Source: Catenuloplanes sp. NPDC051500
Lineage (GTDB): Bacteria; Actinomycetota; Actinomycetes; Mycobacteriales; Micromonosporaceae
Direction: 5' to 3'
Length of the DNA: 64,000 nucleotides
NCBI RefSeq assembly: GCF_044454585.1
Contig: NZ_JBITDX010000004.1
Location: 240,766-304,765, forward strand
Under the pieces are notes generated by a model that saw nothing but the letters and a program-made list of their open reading frames with translations, had not been told where the DNA came from and did not search any database. Position numbers and translations under genes: made by a program. Positions 11,843 to 23,145 of this stretch are shown piece after piece (position 1 is the stretch's first letter; every line of letters begins with the position of its first letter).

Positions 11843-12574
11843 ATGGCGCGTCCCGATGACCGAACGACCGACCAGCTCCGACCGGTGACCCTCGCCCGTC
11901 ACTGGAGTCCGAATCCGGAAGGGTCGGTGCTTGTCGAGTTCGGCGCCACCCGGGTGCTCTGCACCGCTAGCGTCACCGAGGGCGTGCCGCGCTGGCGGAA
12001 GGGCTCCGGGCTCGGCTGGGTGACCGCCGAGTACGCGATGCTTCCCCGCGCCACCAACTCCCGGTCCGACCGGGAGAGCGTGAAGGGGCGCATCGGCGGG
12101 CGTACCCACGAGATCTCCCGCCTGATCGGGCGCAGCCTGCGTGCCTGCATCGACCTGAAGGCGCTCGGCGAGAACTCGATCGTCCTCGACTGCGACGTGC
12201 TGAACGCGGACGGCGGCACCCGGACCGCCGCGATCACCGGCGCCTACGTGGCGCTGCACGACGCGGTCACCTGGATGTCCGGGAAGAAGATGCTCGGCGG
12301 CCGTACGGTCGAGAAGGTGGTGAACCGTTCGGTGTCCGCGATCAGCGTGGGCCTGATCGGCGGCGAGCCCCGCCTCGACCTCTGCTACACCGAGGACGTC
12401 GCGGCCGATGTGGACATGAACATCGTCTGTACCGGTGACGGCGACTTCGTCGAGGTCCAGGGCACCGGCGAGGCCACCGTCTTCGGACGGTCCCAGCTGG
12501 ACGCGCTGCTCGACCTGGGCGTGGCCGGCTGTGCCACCCTGGCCGAGGCCCAGCGGAAGGCGCTGCTCGGATGA
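11843..12574 (+). CDS. rph: ribonuclease PH
   Basis: [44 protein letters not shown]...[23 protein letters not shown]. The 5' part of the track ORF is an out-of-gene extension. Confidence 0.9.
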   Translation: MARPDDRTTDQLRPVTLARHWSPNPEGSVLVEFGATRVLCTASVTEGVPRWRKGSGLGWVTAEYAMLPRATNSRSDRESVKGRIGGRTHEISRLIGRSLRACIDLKALGENSIVLDCDVLNADGGTRTAAITGAYVALHDAVTWMSGKKMLGGRTVEKVVNRSVSAISVGLIGGEPRLDLCYTEDVAADVDMNIVCTGDGDFVEVQGTGEATVFGRSQLDALLDLGVAGCATLAEAQRKALLG

Positions 12575-13179
12575 CCAAGCTGCTGCTTGCCACGCGGAAC
12601 GCGAAGAAGCTCACCGAGCTGCAGAACATCCTGGACGCCGCGCTCGGCGCCAGCCGGATCCAGCTGGTCGGGCTGGACGCGGTCCCGGAGTACCCCGAGG
12701 TGCCCGAGTCCGGTCTGACGTTCGGCGAGAACGCGTTGATCAAGGCGCGTGAGGGTGTGCGGCACACCGGCCTGCCCACGGTCGCGGACGACTCCGGCCT
12801 GGCCGTGGACGCGCTCTCCGGCATGCCCGGCGTGTTCAGCGCACGCTGGTCCGGCACGCACGGCGATGACCGGGCCAACCTCGACCTGGTGCTCGCCCAG
12901 ACCTCGGACGTACCCGAGCAGCACCGGGGCGCCGCGTTCGTCTGCGCGGCCGCGCTGGTCCTGCCCGGCGGCAAGGAGCACCTGGTCGACGGCCGGATGA
13001 CCGGCCGGCTGCTGCGCGCGCCGCGCGGCGAGGGCGGCTTCGGCTACGACCCGGTCTTCGTGGCCGAGGGGCAGCAGAAGACGAACGCGGAGCTGACCCC
13101 GGCGGAGAAGAACGCGATCAGCCACCGCGGCAAGGCGTTCCGCGCGCTGGCGAAGGTCATCGCGAAGGAACTCACCTGA
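12571..13179 (+). CDS. rdgB: non-canonical purine NTP pyrophosphatase (RdgB/HAM1)
   Basis: [14 protein letters not shown]...GFGYDPVF motifs. ATGA overlap with the rph stop. Confidence 0.9.
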   Translation: MTKLLLATRNAKKLTELQNILDAALGASRIQLVGLDAVPEYPEVPESGLTFGENALIKAREGVRHTGLPTVADDSGLAVDALSGMPGVFSARWSGTHGDDRANLDLVLAQTSDVPEQHRGAAFVCAAALVLPGGKEHLVDGRMTGRLLRAPRGEGGFGYDPVFVAEGQQKTNAELTPAEKNAISHRGKAFRALAKVIAKELT

Positions 13180-13233
13180 GGTCTTGCCGCTGATTTCTCG
13201 CGCGAACCCCGTTGGTAACGCATTCAGTGCAGA

Positions 13234-14646
13234 ATGAGTCTCGTGTACGACTTCGACGTGCTGGTGCTGGGTTCGGGCCCGAGCGGGCAGAAGGCCGCGA
13301 TCGCTGCGGCGAAGCTGGATCGACGGGTCGCCATTGTCGAGCGACGCAACATGATCGGTGGCGTGTGCATCAACACGGGCACCATTCCGTCCAAAACGCT
13401 GCGTGAGGCCGTCGTCTACCTGACCGGCCTCAGTCAGCGGGAGGTCTACGGCCGCGACTACCGGGTCAAGGACGACATCACGGTGGCCGACCTGAGCGCG
13501 CGCACGTCGCACGTGATCGGCCGCGAGGTTGAGGTGATCCGCAGCCAGTTGCAGCGCAACCGCGTCCGGCTGCTCACCGGCACCGGCCGTTTCTTCGACG
13601 AGCACACCGTCTCCGTCGACGACGAGGGCGGCCGCGAGACCAAGGTGACGGCCGACAAGATCATCGTGGCGGTCGGCACCAAGCCGGCCCGCCCGCCGAC
13701 AGTCGACTTCGACGACCGGTCGATCATCGACTCGGATGGCATCATCAACCTTGAGGCCGTGCCGAACTCGATGATCGTGGTCGGCGCCGGCGTGATCGGC
13801 ATCGAGTACGCGTCGATGTTCGCCGCGCTCGGCACGAAGGTGACTGTGGTCGAGCGCCGCGACCGCATGCTTGAGTTCTGCGATCTCGAGATCATCGAGA
13901 GCCTGAAGTACCACCTGCGGGACCTGGCGGTCACGTTCCGGTTCGGTGAGACGGTCGCGTCCGTCGAGCGGCATCCGCGCGGCGCCATCGCCATGCTGGA
14001 GAGCGGCAAGCGGATCGGCGCGGACACCGTGGTGTTCTCGGCCGGCCGACAGGGTCTCGGCAGCGAGATCAACCTGGAGGCCGCGGGACTCGCCGCGGAC
14101 CCGCGCGGCCGCATAGAGGTCAACGAGAACTACCAGACCTCCGTCGATCACATCTACGCGGTCGGCGACATCATCGGCTTCCCCGCGCTCGCCTCCACCT
14201 CGATGGAGCAGGGCCGGCTTGCCGCGCACCACGCCTGCGGTGAGCCCGCACGCGACATGCAGAAGCTGCAGCCGATCGGCATCTACACGATCCCGGAGAT
14301 CAGCTTCGTCGGGCGCACCGAGGACGAGCTCACCGAGGCGCGCATCCCGTTCGAGGTGGGCATCGCGCGGTACCGTGAACTGGCCCGCGGCCAGATCATC
14401 GGCGACTCGTACGGCATGCTCAAGCTCCTTGTCGCACCGGACGACGGCAAGCTGCTCGGCGTGCACGTCTTCGGCACCGGCGCCACCGAGCTTGTGCACA
14501 TCGGCCAGACCGTGATGGGCTGCAACGGCACTGTCGACTACCTGGTCGACGCCGTCTTCAACTATCCGACGCTTGCCGAGAGCTACAAGGTCGCCGCGCT
14601 CGACGCGATGAACAAGACGCGGCACATCCACCGCATCGCGACCTGA
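13234..14646 (+). CDS. sthA: soluble pyridine nucleotide transhydrogenase (FAD/NAD-binding disulfide oxidoreductase family)
   Basis: [15 protein letters not shown]...[18 protein letters not shown]-terminus and 470 aa length. Confidence 0.85.
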   Translation: MSLVYDFDVLVLGSGPSGQKAAIAAAKLDRRVAIVERRNMIGGVCINTGTIPSKTLREAVVYLTGLSQREVYGRDYRVKDDITVADLSARTSHVIGREVEVIRSQLQRNRVRLLTGTGRFFDEHTVSVDDEGGRETKVTADKIIVAVGTKPARPPTVDFDDRSIIDSDGIINLEAVPNSMIVVGAGVIGIEYASMFAALGTKVTVVERRDRMLEFCDLEIIESLKYHLRDLAVTFRFGETVASVERHPRGAIAMLESGKRIGADTVVFSAGRQGLGSEINLEAAGLAADPRGRIEVNENYQTSVDHIYAVGDIIGFPALASTSMEQGRLAAHHACGEPARDMQKLQPIGIYTIPEISFVGRTEDELTEARIPFEVGIARYRELARGQIIGDSYGMLKLLVAPDDGKLLGVHVFGTGATELVHIGQTVMGCNGTVDYLVDAVFNYPTLAESYKVAALDAMNKTRHIHRIAT

Positions 14647-14674
14647 CACAGGCCGTTGCGCGGCAAGCGGTGCA

Positions 14675-14703
14675 GGGCGGTCGACGGGTGTCGACCGCCC
14701 TTT
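14675..14703 (+). terminator. rho-independent terminator-like hairpin after sthA
   Basis: GGGCGGTCGAC-gggt-GTCGACCGCCC (11-bp perfect stem) followed by TTT. Confidence 0.6.
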
Positions 14704-15135
14704 CCGCATGCCAGGCGGTACCGCTGTTGCCCGGGTCCTGCCGGAGTGGGATCTGCGCGATGATGGCCCTGCGGGCGACAATGCCGCGCCGGCCCGGATC
14801 GACCGGCTCCGGTCCCGTGATCCGCGACAATGCGCACCTGATCCAGGCGGTCGGGTCGGGCTGACCACGGGGGTTCGGCCGGTGCGTACTGACGGCCTGG
14901 TCCCTCGCGCCCGTGCTGGATGCCGAGCCGGTGTCCGTCTTAGTGGTACGGACACGCGGCAGTCGTTCGGGTGGCAGGCTTCGATTGACGTCGCCGGTAG
15001 CGCACCGTGAATCCGGAAGCCAGCACGTCCGCGGGTGGGATCAGCAGCGGCATACTCCGTGCCCAAGGGCGAAGCCCACCCCGGCATCGGAAATGTCGTC
15101 TTTCAACCACCTCGCCGGCGGAGTGGCCGAGGATG

Positions 15136-15470
15136 GTCAAGATCCTTGTTGCGCTCACGGTTCTTTACCGGCTGCGCAAAGGACCGTGAGCAAAACAAGG
15201 ATCTTGACTCCCGCATAGTGGAAGATCCACTTCCGGCCGGCGGGCCGGACGATCGCGGCGGACATGGACCCCGCGCCCGAAAGGCCGGTAACGCCCACCT
15301 GGATCTGCGCCCTACCTGCCGGACCGCGCAGGAGTGCATCCGGCTGGCAGAGGCCCACGGGCCGACCGCGTCCACTTCAAGATCAAAATAAGCTACGTGG
15401 CATCGGGCCGGTGCCCGCGGGAGCGAACGGGCCGGACCACCGCGGAAGCGGGAAGAGCTGGATCTTCAGC
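15136..15470. mobile_element. MITE-like repeat, diverged full copy
   Basis: Its ends resemble the terminal inverted repeats of the 41456-41815 element. The right end gcccgcgggagcgaacgggccggaccaccgcggaagcgggaagagctggatc closely matches 41757-41815. The left end TCAAGATCCTTGTTGCGCTCACGG resembles TCAAAAGCTTTCTTCCCGCTCACGC. The element is intergenic. Confidence 0.55.
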
Positions 15471-16110
15471 TTCTCTGGGGTTGGCTCGGCAGCCAGTGGC
15501 GGATCAGGACGGTGAGGTCGTCAGTGGTCATCGGCGGTCCGAGGTCGCCGGTGGCAGGGGAGGCGCGCAGGCCGTCGATGAGAAGCTGCAGGTAGCGGGC
15601 GTGTCGGCCGCCGTGGTGCGCGACCTCGCTGATCATGGTGAGCAGCAGCGGGATGTCCTCGGCGGTCACGTCCGGCCGCAGTGATCCCTCGGCGTGGGCG
15701 CGGGCGATCAGCCGCCGGACGACCGGGAAGATGCGGTCCCGGATCCGGTCGAAGTGGCGCGCGCCGAAGTCCACGCTGAGCGCGATGTCGCGCACGCCGC
15801 GGTCGGTGGCGTGGATCTCGGCCGCACGGGTCAGGAAGCGGACCAGCCCGTCCCACCCGGTCGGCGCGGACAGCGCGGACTCGATCAACGCGACGTGCTC
15901 CTCCAGTTGCTCGTCGAGCGCGACCGCTGCCAGCGCCTCCTTGGACGGGAACCGCCGGTAGACCGTGCCGACGCCCACCCCGGCGTGATGCGCCACGTCG
16001 TCGAGCGTGGCGGACAGCCCGCGCGCGGCGAAGACCTCGCGTGCGGCCTCGATGATGCGCTGCCGGTTGGCCTGCGCGTCCCGCCGCAGCGGCCGGTCGG
16101 GCTCGATCAT
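15466..16110 (-). CDS. TetR-family transcriptional regulator
   Basis: HTH RQRIIEAAREVFAARGLSATLDDVAHHAGVGVGTVYRRFPSKEAL. Start assigned to Met-29 (MIEPDRP). Divergent from the MFS pump. Confidence 0.85.
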   Translation of the reverse strand: MIEPDRPLRRDAQANRQRIIEAAREVFAARGLSATLDDVAHHAGVGVGTVYRRFPSKEALAAVALDEQLEEHVALIESALSAPTGWDGLVRFLTRAAEIHATDRGVRDIALSVDFGARHFDRIRDRIFPVVRRLIARAHAEGSLRPDVTAEDIPLLLTMISEVAHHGGRHARYLQLLIDGLRASPATGDLGPPMTTDDLTVLIRHWLPSQPQRS

Positions 16111-16125
16111 GCTGTTCACCCTAAC

Positions 16126-16189
16126 AAGCGGAGGCATCATCTCCGATTGTTGTGATGCGATCGACAAAATGGAGACAGCATCTCCGCTT
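16126..16189. promoter_or_regulatory. putative TetR operator pair in the divergent TetR/MFS intergenic region
   Basis: Two GGAG-N7-CTCC palindromes (ggaggcatcatctcc and ggagacagcatctcc), flanked by the inverted repeat AAGCGGAG...CTCCGCTT. Confidence 0.45.
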
Positions 16190-16232
16190 AGCACCTACGG
16201 TCGCAGACGTTCAGTGACGTATTCGACCTGGG

Positions 16233-17603
16233 GTGATGATGAGAGACGGACGATGGTGGGCGCTCGCGGTGCTCGCCACAGGGCAGCTGATGGTGGCGCT
16301 CGACGCGACGGTCGTGAACATCGCGCTTCCGGCCATGCAGCGTGATCTCGGCTTCTCCGACGCCGGGCGGCAGTGGGTGGTGACCGGGTACGGTCTCGCG
16401 TTCGGCAGTCTGCTGCTGCTCGGCGGGCGGCTCTCCGACGCGCTCGGCCGGAAGCGGATGCTCCTGATCGGCTTCGCCGGATTCGCCGCCGCATCCGCGC
16501 TCGGCGGCGCCGCCACCGGCATCGAGGTGCTGATCGTGGCGCGGGTGCTGCAGGGCGTGTTCGCCGCGACGCTGGCGCCTGCCGCACTCTCGTTGCTGTC
16601 GGTCACCTTCACCGACCCGAAAGAGCGGGGTAAGGCGTTCGGGATCTTCGGTGCGGTCACCGGTTCCGGCACCGCGGTGGGGTTGCTGCTCGGCGGCGCG
16701 CTCACCGAGTACGCGTCCTGGCGCTGGTGCCTCTACGTCAACCTGATCTTCGCGGCCGTGGGGATCGCCGGGGCGTTGCTCAAGCTGCGCGACGAGCCGG
16801 TTCGCCGTGATCCCCGCGAGCGGACCGACTGGATCGGCGTCCTCGCCGCAGTGCTCGGCCTGGTCGCACTGGTCTACGGACTGGGCGAGAAATCCTACGG
16901 CTTCGTCGCCGCGGGCCTGCTTGTCCTCGCCGCCTTCGTGGTGATCGAGCGCCGTGCCGCGAACCCACTGCTGCCGCTGCGCGTGGTGCTCGACCGCAAC
17001 CGCGGCGGCGCCTACCTCTCGGTCGGCATCGCCGGCGCCGGCATGTTCGGCATGTTCCTGTTCGTCACGTACTACCTGGTCGGCACGCTCGGCTTCTCGT
17101 CGATCCGCACAGGTGTCGCCTTCCTCCCGCTGATCGCCGGCATCATGGCCTCCGCCGTCATCAGCGGCCAGCGGCTGACACCCAGGTTCGGCCCGCGCCC
17201 GGTGGTCACGGCAGGCGCGCTGATCGCCGCCGCCGGTCTGATCTACCTGACTCGGCTCGGCCCGGACTCGACCTATGTCACAGGCGTGCTTCCCGGCATG
17301 GTGGTCTTCGGGCTCGGCATGGGCATGATCTTCTCGCCCACCCAGAACGCGGCCACCGCGGGCGTGGACGAGCGGGACGCGGGGGTCGCCTCCGCCATGA
17401 TCAACACGGCGCAGCAGATCGGCGGTGCGGCCGGGACCGCGCTGCTCACCTCGGTCGCGGTCTCGGCGGTGGACGGCTACCGCACGGTCTTCCTGTGGTC
17501 GGCCGGCTTCTTCCTGATCAGTGCGGTCATCGCGGCGGTGACGTTCCGGAGCGGCCCGCTGAGGCTCCGGCCGGCGGGCGTACCTGTGGAGATCCCGGGC
17601 TGA
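16233..17603 (+). CDS. MFS transporter, DHA2 (14-TMS drug:H+ antiporter) family
   Basis: LAVLATGQLMVALDATVVNIALPAMQRDLGFS...GRLSDALGRKRMLLIG. Confidence 0.85.
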   Translation: MMMRDGRWWALAVLATGQLMVALDATVVNIALPAMQRDLGFSDAGRQWVVTGYGLAFGSLLLLGGRLSDALGRKRMLLIGFAGFAAASALGGAATGIEVLIVARVLQGVFAATLAPAALSLLSVTFTDPKERGKAFGIFGAVTGSGTAVGLLLGGALTEYASWRWCLYVNLIFAAVGIAGALLKLRDEPVRRDPRERTDWIGVLAAVLGLVALVYGLGEKSYGFVAAGLLVLAAFVVIERRAANPLLPLRVVLDRNRGGAYLSVGIAGAGMFGMFLFVTYYLVGTLGFSSIRTGVAFLPLIAGIMASAVISGQRLTPRFGPRPVVTAGALIAAAGLIYLTRLGPDSTYVTGVLPGMVVFGLGMGMIFSPTQNAATAGVDERDAGVASAMINTAQQIGGAAGTALLTSVAVSAVDGYRTVFLWSAGFFLISAVIAAVTFRSGPLRLRPAGVPVEIPG

Positions 17604-17747
17604 TCTGGCAATTCTCACAAGGTCGTCTCCGCCACCACGATTTTCGCATGAGGCTGTCCGCCGGGTCGATCATGGATGGTTGAGTCGGCGTCCAGTTGGT
17701 CTCTGCAGTGGAATGCCGTCTGGCACACTTGCTGCGGAGGTGTCGTG

Positions 17748-18503
17748 ATGGCGTCGGACAATACGGCAGGTGGGCCCGACAAGGCGCCGAACTGGGTGGT
17801 GCGCGTAATGACCGGGGTGGGCGTCACCGCCGCGCTGGCCGTCCTGGGATTGGTTGCCGACCTCCTGGGAATCGTCACTTTCGCCACAGGTAAGTCGGGC
17901 CCACAGCTCGTCGCTCCGGCACCCTCGACCGCGGCGAGTGCGCCCGCCTCCGCAGACCCTCCGGCGCCTTCGCTCACCACCGGCACACCCACGGCGATCG
18001 GCGGCTCGGCTCTCGAAGGACCGGAACCGAATGTCGATACAGAGCCCGAGACCGCTTATCTGACTGATCTTGAGCTGCTCAACCGCGCGTCGGACGTCTC
18101 CGTCGATGAAGTGGATATCGGCGGAGATTCTTACGGCCATAGCGTCGTCTACCGGTGCTCTACTTTTTGCAATACCCCCAAGGGGGTTGTCGAGGTGAAT
18201 CTCGGTCGCCGTTATACGCAATTCGAGGCGACCGTCGGTGTGTTGGACGACGCCGATGACTCCGATCAGGTCGGTTACTTCGAGATCTTCGTCGATGGGG
18301 CGTCAGTGAAAACGGTATCGGCAACGCTCGGAAAGCCGCAGTCGATCAAGCTTGAGTTGCCGTCGGATGCTGTTCGCCTGAAGCTGCTGGCGTACCGTAC
18401 CGATACTGTGGAAAACCCTCTTCTGGCAGGTGCCAACGTTGCGGGAGGGCGCTCAAACGGCCTTCCGGAGCTGGCCTGGGGCAATCCTCGGCTGTCGAAT
18501 TAG
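17748..18503 (+). CDS. membrane-anchored protein with a C-terminal NPCBM/NEW2-like putative carbohydrate-binding domain
   Basis: N-terminal TM helix (VVRVMTGVGVTAALAVLGLVADLLGIV), an Ala/Pro/Ser linker, and C-terminal AYLTDLELL...GGDSYGHSVVY...VGYFEIFVDG. The domain assignment is tentative. Confidence 0.55.
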   Translation: MASDNTAGGPDKAPNWVVRVMTGVGVTAALAVLGLVADLLGIVTFATGKSGPQLVAPAPSTAASAPASADPPAPSLTTGTPTAIGGSALEGPEPNVDTEPETAYLTDLELLNRASDVSVDEVDIGGDSYGHSVVYRCSTFCNTPKGVVEVNLGRRYTQFEATVGVLDDADDSDQVGYFEIFVDGASVKTVSATLGKPQSIKLELPSDAVRLKLLAYRTDTVENPLLAGANVAGGRSNGLPELAWGNPRLSN

Positions 18504-19132
18504 GGGTTGGCGACGCGCATGCCGCGCGCCGCGAGGGCGGTCAGCTCATCGGCGCGCTGGGTGACGCCGGGGCGGGTGGACAGGTACGCGGCGATCTGGG
18601 TGGGGCTCCAGGAATGGGCCTCATGCAGGCCGCTTGAGATCATCTCGAGGTAGCGGGCGGCGGGCGTGTTGAGGACGGCGTTGTGCGCTGACCACGGCGC
18701 GGTGAACGTGATCATCGGATGTCCGTCCCGGTCGCCGGCGTGTACAAGCGTCTCGTAGCGGCCGTCACCAAGTCTCAGGTGGCCGTGCTCGAGTAGCGGC
18801 GCCAGGTCGAGATCCGTGCCGGGTGGCCGGTACATCTCCTGGGTGGCGATGTCGGAGAACTGCGACGTGGTCACCAGGTAGGCGCGTGCGGCGGCCGTAC
18901 CCGGCAGGTCGCGGTCGTAGAAGGCGGCGCCACCGGTCCAGGCGGGGGATTCACCTGCGAAGTAGATGCCGCCGGGGAGCAGGGCCGCCACGGTACGCCG
19001 GGGCGGCGAGCTGTCCCGGCAGCCCGGATAGGTGCGCCGCCCACCCGGTGGCCGGCCACCTTTGAGGTAGTAGCCGAGCCGGGTCGCGTGCATGTTCGAG
19101 CCGTACGCGGCGTACCAGACCAGCTTTTCCAT
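18500..19132 (-). CDS. gamma-glutamylcyclotransferase-like (GGCT/AIG2 fold) protein
   Basis: N-terminal VWYAAYGSNMHATRL, of the YGSN motif class. Confidence 0.6.
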   Translation of the reverse strand: MEKLVWYAAYGSNMHATRLGYYLKGGRPPGGRRTYPGCRDSSPPRRTVAALLPGGIYFAGESPAWTGGAAFYDRDLPGTAAARAYLVTTSQFSDIATQEMYRPPGTDLDLAPLLEHGHLRLGDGRYETLVHAGDRDGHPMITFTAPWSAHNAVLNTPAARYLEMISSGLHEAHSWSPTQIAAYLSTRPGVTQRADELTALAARGMRVANP

Positions 19133-19163
19133 TGTTTTCGACGCTACGCCGCCGTCGGCGCGA

Positions 19164-20699
19164 TCAGGGAAGCTGTCCCACGGCGTCCTCGATCGCCGTG
19201 CGCAGCGCCGGGCCGGCGATCGCGGTGCGGGCCGCCTCCATCGCCGGGGCCAGGAAGATGTCCGGCCCCGGTGTGCCGGCGAACGCGGAGACCGCCGAGA
19301 CCGCGAGCCGCCCGGCCGGTGAGGGCGTGAGCGGCGCCCGGAGCTGGATGCCGCGGACCGCGCTGAGCAGCTCGACGGCCAGGATGCTTGTCAGGTTGTC
19401 GAGCACTGTCCGCAGTTTCTTGGTGGCGGCCCAGCCCATCGAGACGTGGTCCTCCTGCATGCCGCTTGTCGGCAGCGAGTCGACGGACGCGGGCGCGGCC
19501 AGCCGCCGGTTCTCCGCGACGATGCCCGCGGCCGTGTACTGGGCGATCATCAGGCCGGAGTTGACGCCCGCGTCAGGGGAGAGGAACGGCGGCAGTTCCC
19601 GGGAGCGGGTCACGTCGAGCAGGCGGTCGACGCGGCGTTCCGCGATCGCGCCCACCTCGGCGGCGGCGATGGCCAGGAAGTCGGCGGCGAAACCGAGCGG
19701 CGCGCCGTGGAAGTTGCCCGTGGACTCGACGCGGCCGTCCGGAAGCACCACCGGGTTGTCGACCACGGAGACCAGCTCGCGGGCTGCGGTGGTGGTGACG
19801 AACGCGAGCGTGTCCCGGGCCGCGCCGGCCACCTGCGGCGCGCAGCGCATCGAGTAGGCGTCCTGGACCGCGTGCGCCACGTCGTCCCGGTGCGAGTCCA
19901 TGATGGATGAGCCTTGGAGCAGCCGGTGGATGTTTGCGGCGGAGGTGGCCTGACCGGGGTGCGGGCGGATGGCGTGCAGCTCCGGCAGGAACGGCCGCTC
20001 CGAGCCGAGCATCGCCTCGACCGCGAGTGCCGCGGTCACGTCCGCCATGGTGAACAGGTGCCGGGCGTCCTCGATCGCGAGCAGCAGCATGCCGAGCATG
20101 CCGTCGGTGCCGTTGATCAGCGCGAGTCCTTCCTTGGAGGCGAGGCTGATCGGGGAGAGTCCGGCCTGGGCGAGGACGAAAGCGGCATCGAGGCGCGCGC
20201 CGTCCTTGCCGAGCACCCAGCCCTCGCCGAGAAGCACGATCGCGCAATGCGCAAGGGGGGCCAGGTCGCCTGATGCGCCGAGCGAGCCGTGCTCCGGCAC
20301 CCACGGCGTGATGTCGTGGTTGAGCAGGTCGACGAGGGCCTGGGCGAGCAGCGGGCGTACGCCGGAGTGGCCGAGCGCCAGCGACCGCACACGCAGCAGC
20401 ATCATGGCGCGGACGACCTCGCGCGGCATCGGCGCGCCGACCCCGGCCGCGTGCGAGCGGATCAGCGCGTGCTGGAGCTCCGCCCGGCGCGACGGGTCGA
20501 TGTAGGTGTTCGCGAGCGCGCCGAATCCGGTCGACACGCCGTAGACCGGCCGCCCGCCTGCCTCGATGCGGTCGACGATGTCCCGGCTGCGGGTCATGTT
20601 CTGCACGGCCTCGGACGAGATGGACGCCCGGGCGGAGTCCCGGGCCACCGCGATCACGTCGCTTGCCGAGACTCCGAGGGGGGTGACGATGACTGTCAT
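19164..20699 (-). CDS. hutH: histidine ammonia-lyase
   Basis: MIO-forming [14 protein letters not shown] motif. 511 aa. Confidence 0.9.
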   Translation of the reverse strand: MTVIVTPLGVSASDVIAVARDSARASISSEAVQNMTRSRDIVDRIEAGGRPVYGVSTGFGALANTYIDPSRRAELQHALIRSHAAGVGAPMPREVVRAMMLLRVRSLALGHSGVRPLLAQALVDLLNHDITPWVPEHGSLGASGDLAPLAHCAIVLLGEGWVLGKDGARLDAAFVLAQAGLSPISLASKEGLALINGTDGMLGMLLLAIEDARHLFTMADVTAALAVEAMLGSERPFLPELHAIRPHPGQATSAANIHRLLQGSSIMDSHRDDVAHAVQDAYSMRCAPQVAGAARDTLAFVTTTAARELVSVVDNPVVLPDGRVESTGNFHGAPLGFAADFLAIAAAEVGAIAERRVDRLLDVTRSRELPPFLSPDAGVNSGLMIAQYTAAGIVAENRRLAAPASVDSLPTSGMQEDHVSMGWAATKKLRTVLDNLTSILAVELLSAVRGIQLRAPLTPSPAGRLAVSAVSAFAGTPGPDIFLAPAMEAARTAIAGPALRTAIEDAVGQLP

Positions 20700-21841
20700 A
20701 GCGTTACTCCGTTGTGCACGACGTGGCTGATCAGTGGCACCCCGGGCCGGTAGGCGAGGTGCAGGTGGGAGGGGGCGTCGAGGATGATCAGGTCGGCACG
20801 CGCGCCGGGCCGGATCACGCCGATGTCCTCGCGGCGCAGCGCGCGGGCGCCGCCGGCGGTCGCGGCCCAGACCGCCTCCGCGGGCGTCATGCCCATCTCG
20901 CGGACCGCGAGCGCGATGCAGAACGGCATCGACGACGTGTAGGACGAGCCGGGATTGCAGTCCGTGGCCAGCGCGACAGTGGCGCCGGCGTCGAGCAGCC
21001 GCCGCGCGTCCGGGTACGGCGACCGGGTGGAGAACTCCGCGCCCGGCAGCAGCGTGGCGACTGTCGACCCCCCGGCGAGCGCCTCCACGTCCCGGTCGGT
21101 CAGGTAGGTGCAGTGGTCCGCGCTGGCCGCGTCAAGTTCGACAGCGAGCCGTACGCCGGGCCCGTGTCCGAGCTGGTTGGCGTGCACCCGCACCTGCAGC
21201 CCGGCGGCCCGGCCGACCGTGAGGATCGCCCGCGCGTGGTCCTCCTCGAACGCGCCGCGCTCGCAGAACACGTCGATCCAGCGCGCGTACGGTGTGGCCG
21301 CGCGCAGCATCGGCCCGCAGATCAGCGACACGTAGTCGTCGACGCGCCCGGCGTACTCCGACGGCACCACGTGCGCGCCGAGGAACGTGGTCTCCTCGGT
21401 CAGCTCGCGGGCGATCCGCAGCGAGCGGGCCTCGTCGGCCACTGACAGCCCGTACCCACTCTTGATCTCGATCGTGGTGGTGCCCTGGCGCAGTGCCTCG
21501 GTCCGCAGCCGCCCGGCCGCGTCGCGCAACTCGTCGTCACTCGCGGCCCGGGTCGCCGCGACAGTGGTGCGGATGCCGCCGCCGGTGTAGGGCCGGCCTG
21601 CCATCCGCGCCGCGAACTCGGGCGCCCTGTCCCCGGCGAACACCAGGTGGGAGTGGCTGTCGACGAAGCCGGGCAGCACCGCGCGGCCGCCCGCGTCGAT
21701 GCGGTGGTCGGCCGCGGGCGCGTCCCTGGACCGGCCGACCCAGACGATCCTGTCCGCCTCGGTGACCACTGCCGCATCGTGCAACCGGGTGATCTCGGTG
21801 TTGGTCACCAGCTCACCGATGTGGTCGATCAGAAGAGCCAC
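20696..21841 (-). CDS. hutI: imidazolonepropionase
   Basis: [12 protein letters not shown] start, [12 protein letters not shown], and an amidohydrolase metal-ligand pattern. GTG at 21841. The 5' Arg-rich extension of the track ORF is rejected. Confidence 0.85.
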   Translation of the reverse strand: MALLIDHIGELVTNTEITRLHDAAVVTEADRIVWVGRSRDAPAADHRIDAGGRAVLPGFVDSHSHLVFAGDRAPEFAARMAGRPYTGGGIRTTVAATRAASDDELRDAAGRLRTEALRQGTTTIEIKSGYGLSVADEARSLRIARELTEETTFLGAHVVPSEYAGRVDDYVSLICGPMLRAATPYARWIDVFCERGAFEEDHARAILTVGRAAGLQVRVHANQLGHGPGVRLAVELDAASADHCTYLTDRDVEALAGGSTVATLLPGAEFSTRSPYPDARRLLDAGATVALATDCNPGSSYTSSMPFCIALAVREMGMTPAEAVWAATAGGARALRREDIGVIRPGARADLIILDAPSHLHLAYRPGVPLISHVVHNGVTL

Positions 21842-23145
21842 GTGATCGCCTCCCGCAGCTCGCCGGTCACGTCGACGCGCAGGTGGCGGCCGTTGTGGAC
21901 GATTCGTTCGCCGTCCACGATCACGTCGGTGACGTCCGCGGCGGTGGCGGCGAAGACCACACCGGCCGGGTCGATGCCGGCCGTGCGCGCACTGTCGAGC
22001 GTGACCGTGACCAGGTCGGCGCGCGCACCCACGGTGATGGTCCCGGCGTCGTCCCAGCCGAGTGACGCGTGCCCGCCTGTGGTCGCGGCGCGCAGCAACT
22101 GCTCGGCGGGGAAGTGTCCACGATGCTCGGTGCGCAGGCGTTCGTGCAGCTCCACGGCGCGTGCCTCCTCCAGCAGGTCGATGACGGCGTGACTGTCGCT
22201 GCCCACGCACAACGGCGAGCCGGCGGCGGCCAGTGCCGCGGCGGGTCCGATCCCGTCGCCGAGGTCACGTTCGGTGGTGGGGCAGAGGCAGGTGTGGGTA
22301 CGGGTGGCGCCGAGCGTCTCCACGTCCGAGCCGGTGAGGTGGGTGGCGTGCACGACGGTGCTGCGCGGGCCGAGCGCGCCCGCGCCGGCGAGGAGTTCGG
22401 TGGGGGTGCGGCCATGAACCACAGCGGTGGCCTCGTTCTCGGCGCGCTGCTCGGAGAGGTGCACGTGGAGGGGGGCTTCGCGGGCGGACGCCCAGGCGAC
22501 GACCTCGGAGATCTGGTCCGCAGGCACCGCGCGGACGGAGTGGACGGCCGCGCCGATCCTGGCGTGCGCGGCTGGTGCGAGAAGAGCCGCCCGCGAGGCC
22601 CAGGCCGCCGCCGAACCGTCCCCGAACCGCAGCGCCGGCCCTTCCAGAGCGGCCCCCGCCACGGACGCGGTCAGGTAACACGTGTCCAGCAGCGTGATCC
22701 GGATACCGGCCTGCGCCGCCGCTTCGATGAGCGCCGTACCCATCTCGTTGGGGTCGTCGTAGCGCTGCCCGCCCGGTCCGTGGTGCAGGTAGTGGAACTC
22801 GCCCACGCACACCACCCCGGCCAGCGCCATCTCCGCGAACACGGCCCGCGCCAGCTTGAGGTAGAGCGACGGCGTCAGCCGCTCCGCGACCGCGTACATC
22901 TGCTCCCGCCACGTCCAGAACGTCCCCCGCCCCGTGTGCGTGCGCCCGCGCAGCGCCCGGTGGAACGCGTGTGAGTGCGCGTTCGCCAGCCCCGGAAGCG
23001 TCAGCCCTCGCAGTCGCTCCACACCCGGTGGTCGCGGCACGCCCGGCTCCACAGCCGTGAACCGCCCGCCGTCCACTGTGATCAGCACGTTCGCGGCGGG
23101 CGCGTCGCCGAGCCAGGCGAGGTCGGCGTGCCAGGTCACCGGCAT
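21829..23145 (-). CDS. hutF: formimidoylglutamate deiminase (amidohydrolase superfamily)
   Basis: [16 protein letters not shown]...HVHLSEQ and its position inside the hut operon. Confidence 0.8.
   Translation of the reverse strand: MPVTWHADLAWLGDAPAANVLITVDGGRFTAVEPGVPRPPGVERLRGLTLPGLANAHSHAFHRALRGRTHTGRGTFWTWREQMYAVAERLTPSLYLKLARAVFAEMALAGVVCVGEFHYLHHGPGGQRYDDPNEMGTALIEAAAQAGIRITLLDTCYLTASVAGAALEGPALRFGDGSAAAWASRAALLAPAAHARIGAAVHSVRAVPADQISEVVAWASAREAPLHVHLSEQRAENEATAVVHGRTPTELLAGAGALGPRSTVVHATHLTGSDVETLGATRTHTCLCPTTERDLGDGIGPAAALAAAGSPLCVGSDSHAVIDLLEEARAVELHERLRTEHRGHFPAEQLLRAATTGGHASLGWDDAGTITVGARADLVTVTLDSARTAGIDPAGVVFAATAADVTDVIVDGERIVHNGRHLRVDVTGELREAITWLF

Noticed and set aside
12385-15087. 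900-aa minus-strand ORF spanning rdgB and sthA
   Set aside because: Antisense to two well-supported genes; its composition is nonsense-like (Arg/Ala/Gly-rich).
16188-17618. 476-aa minus-strand ORF antisense to the MFS transporter
   Set aside because: His/Arg/Asp/Gly-rich junk translation; the MFS gene is strongly supported.
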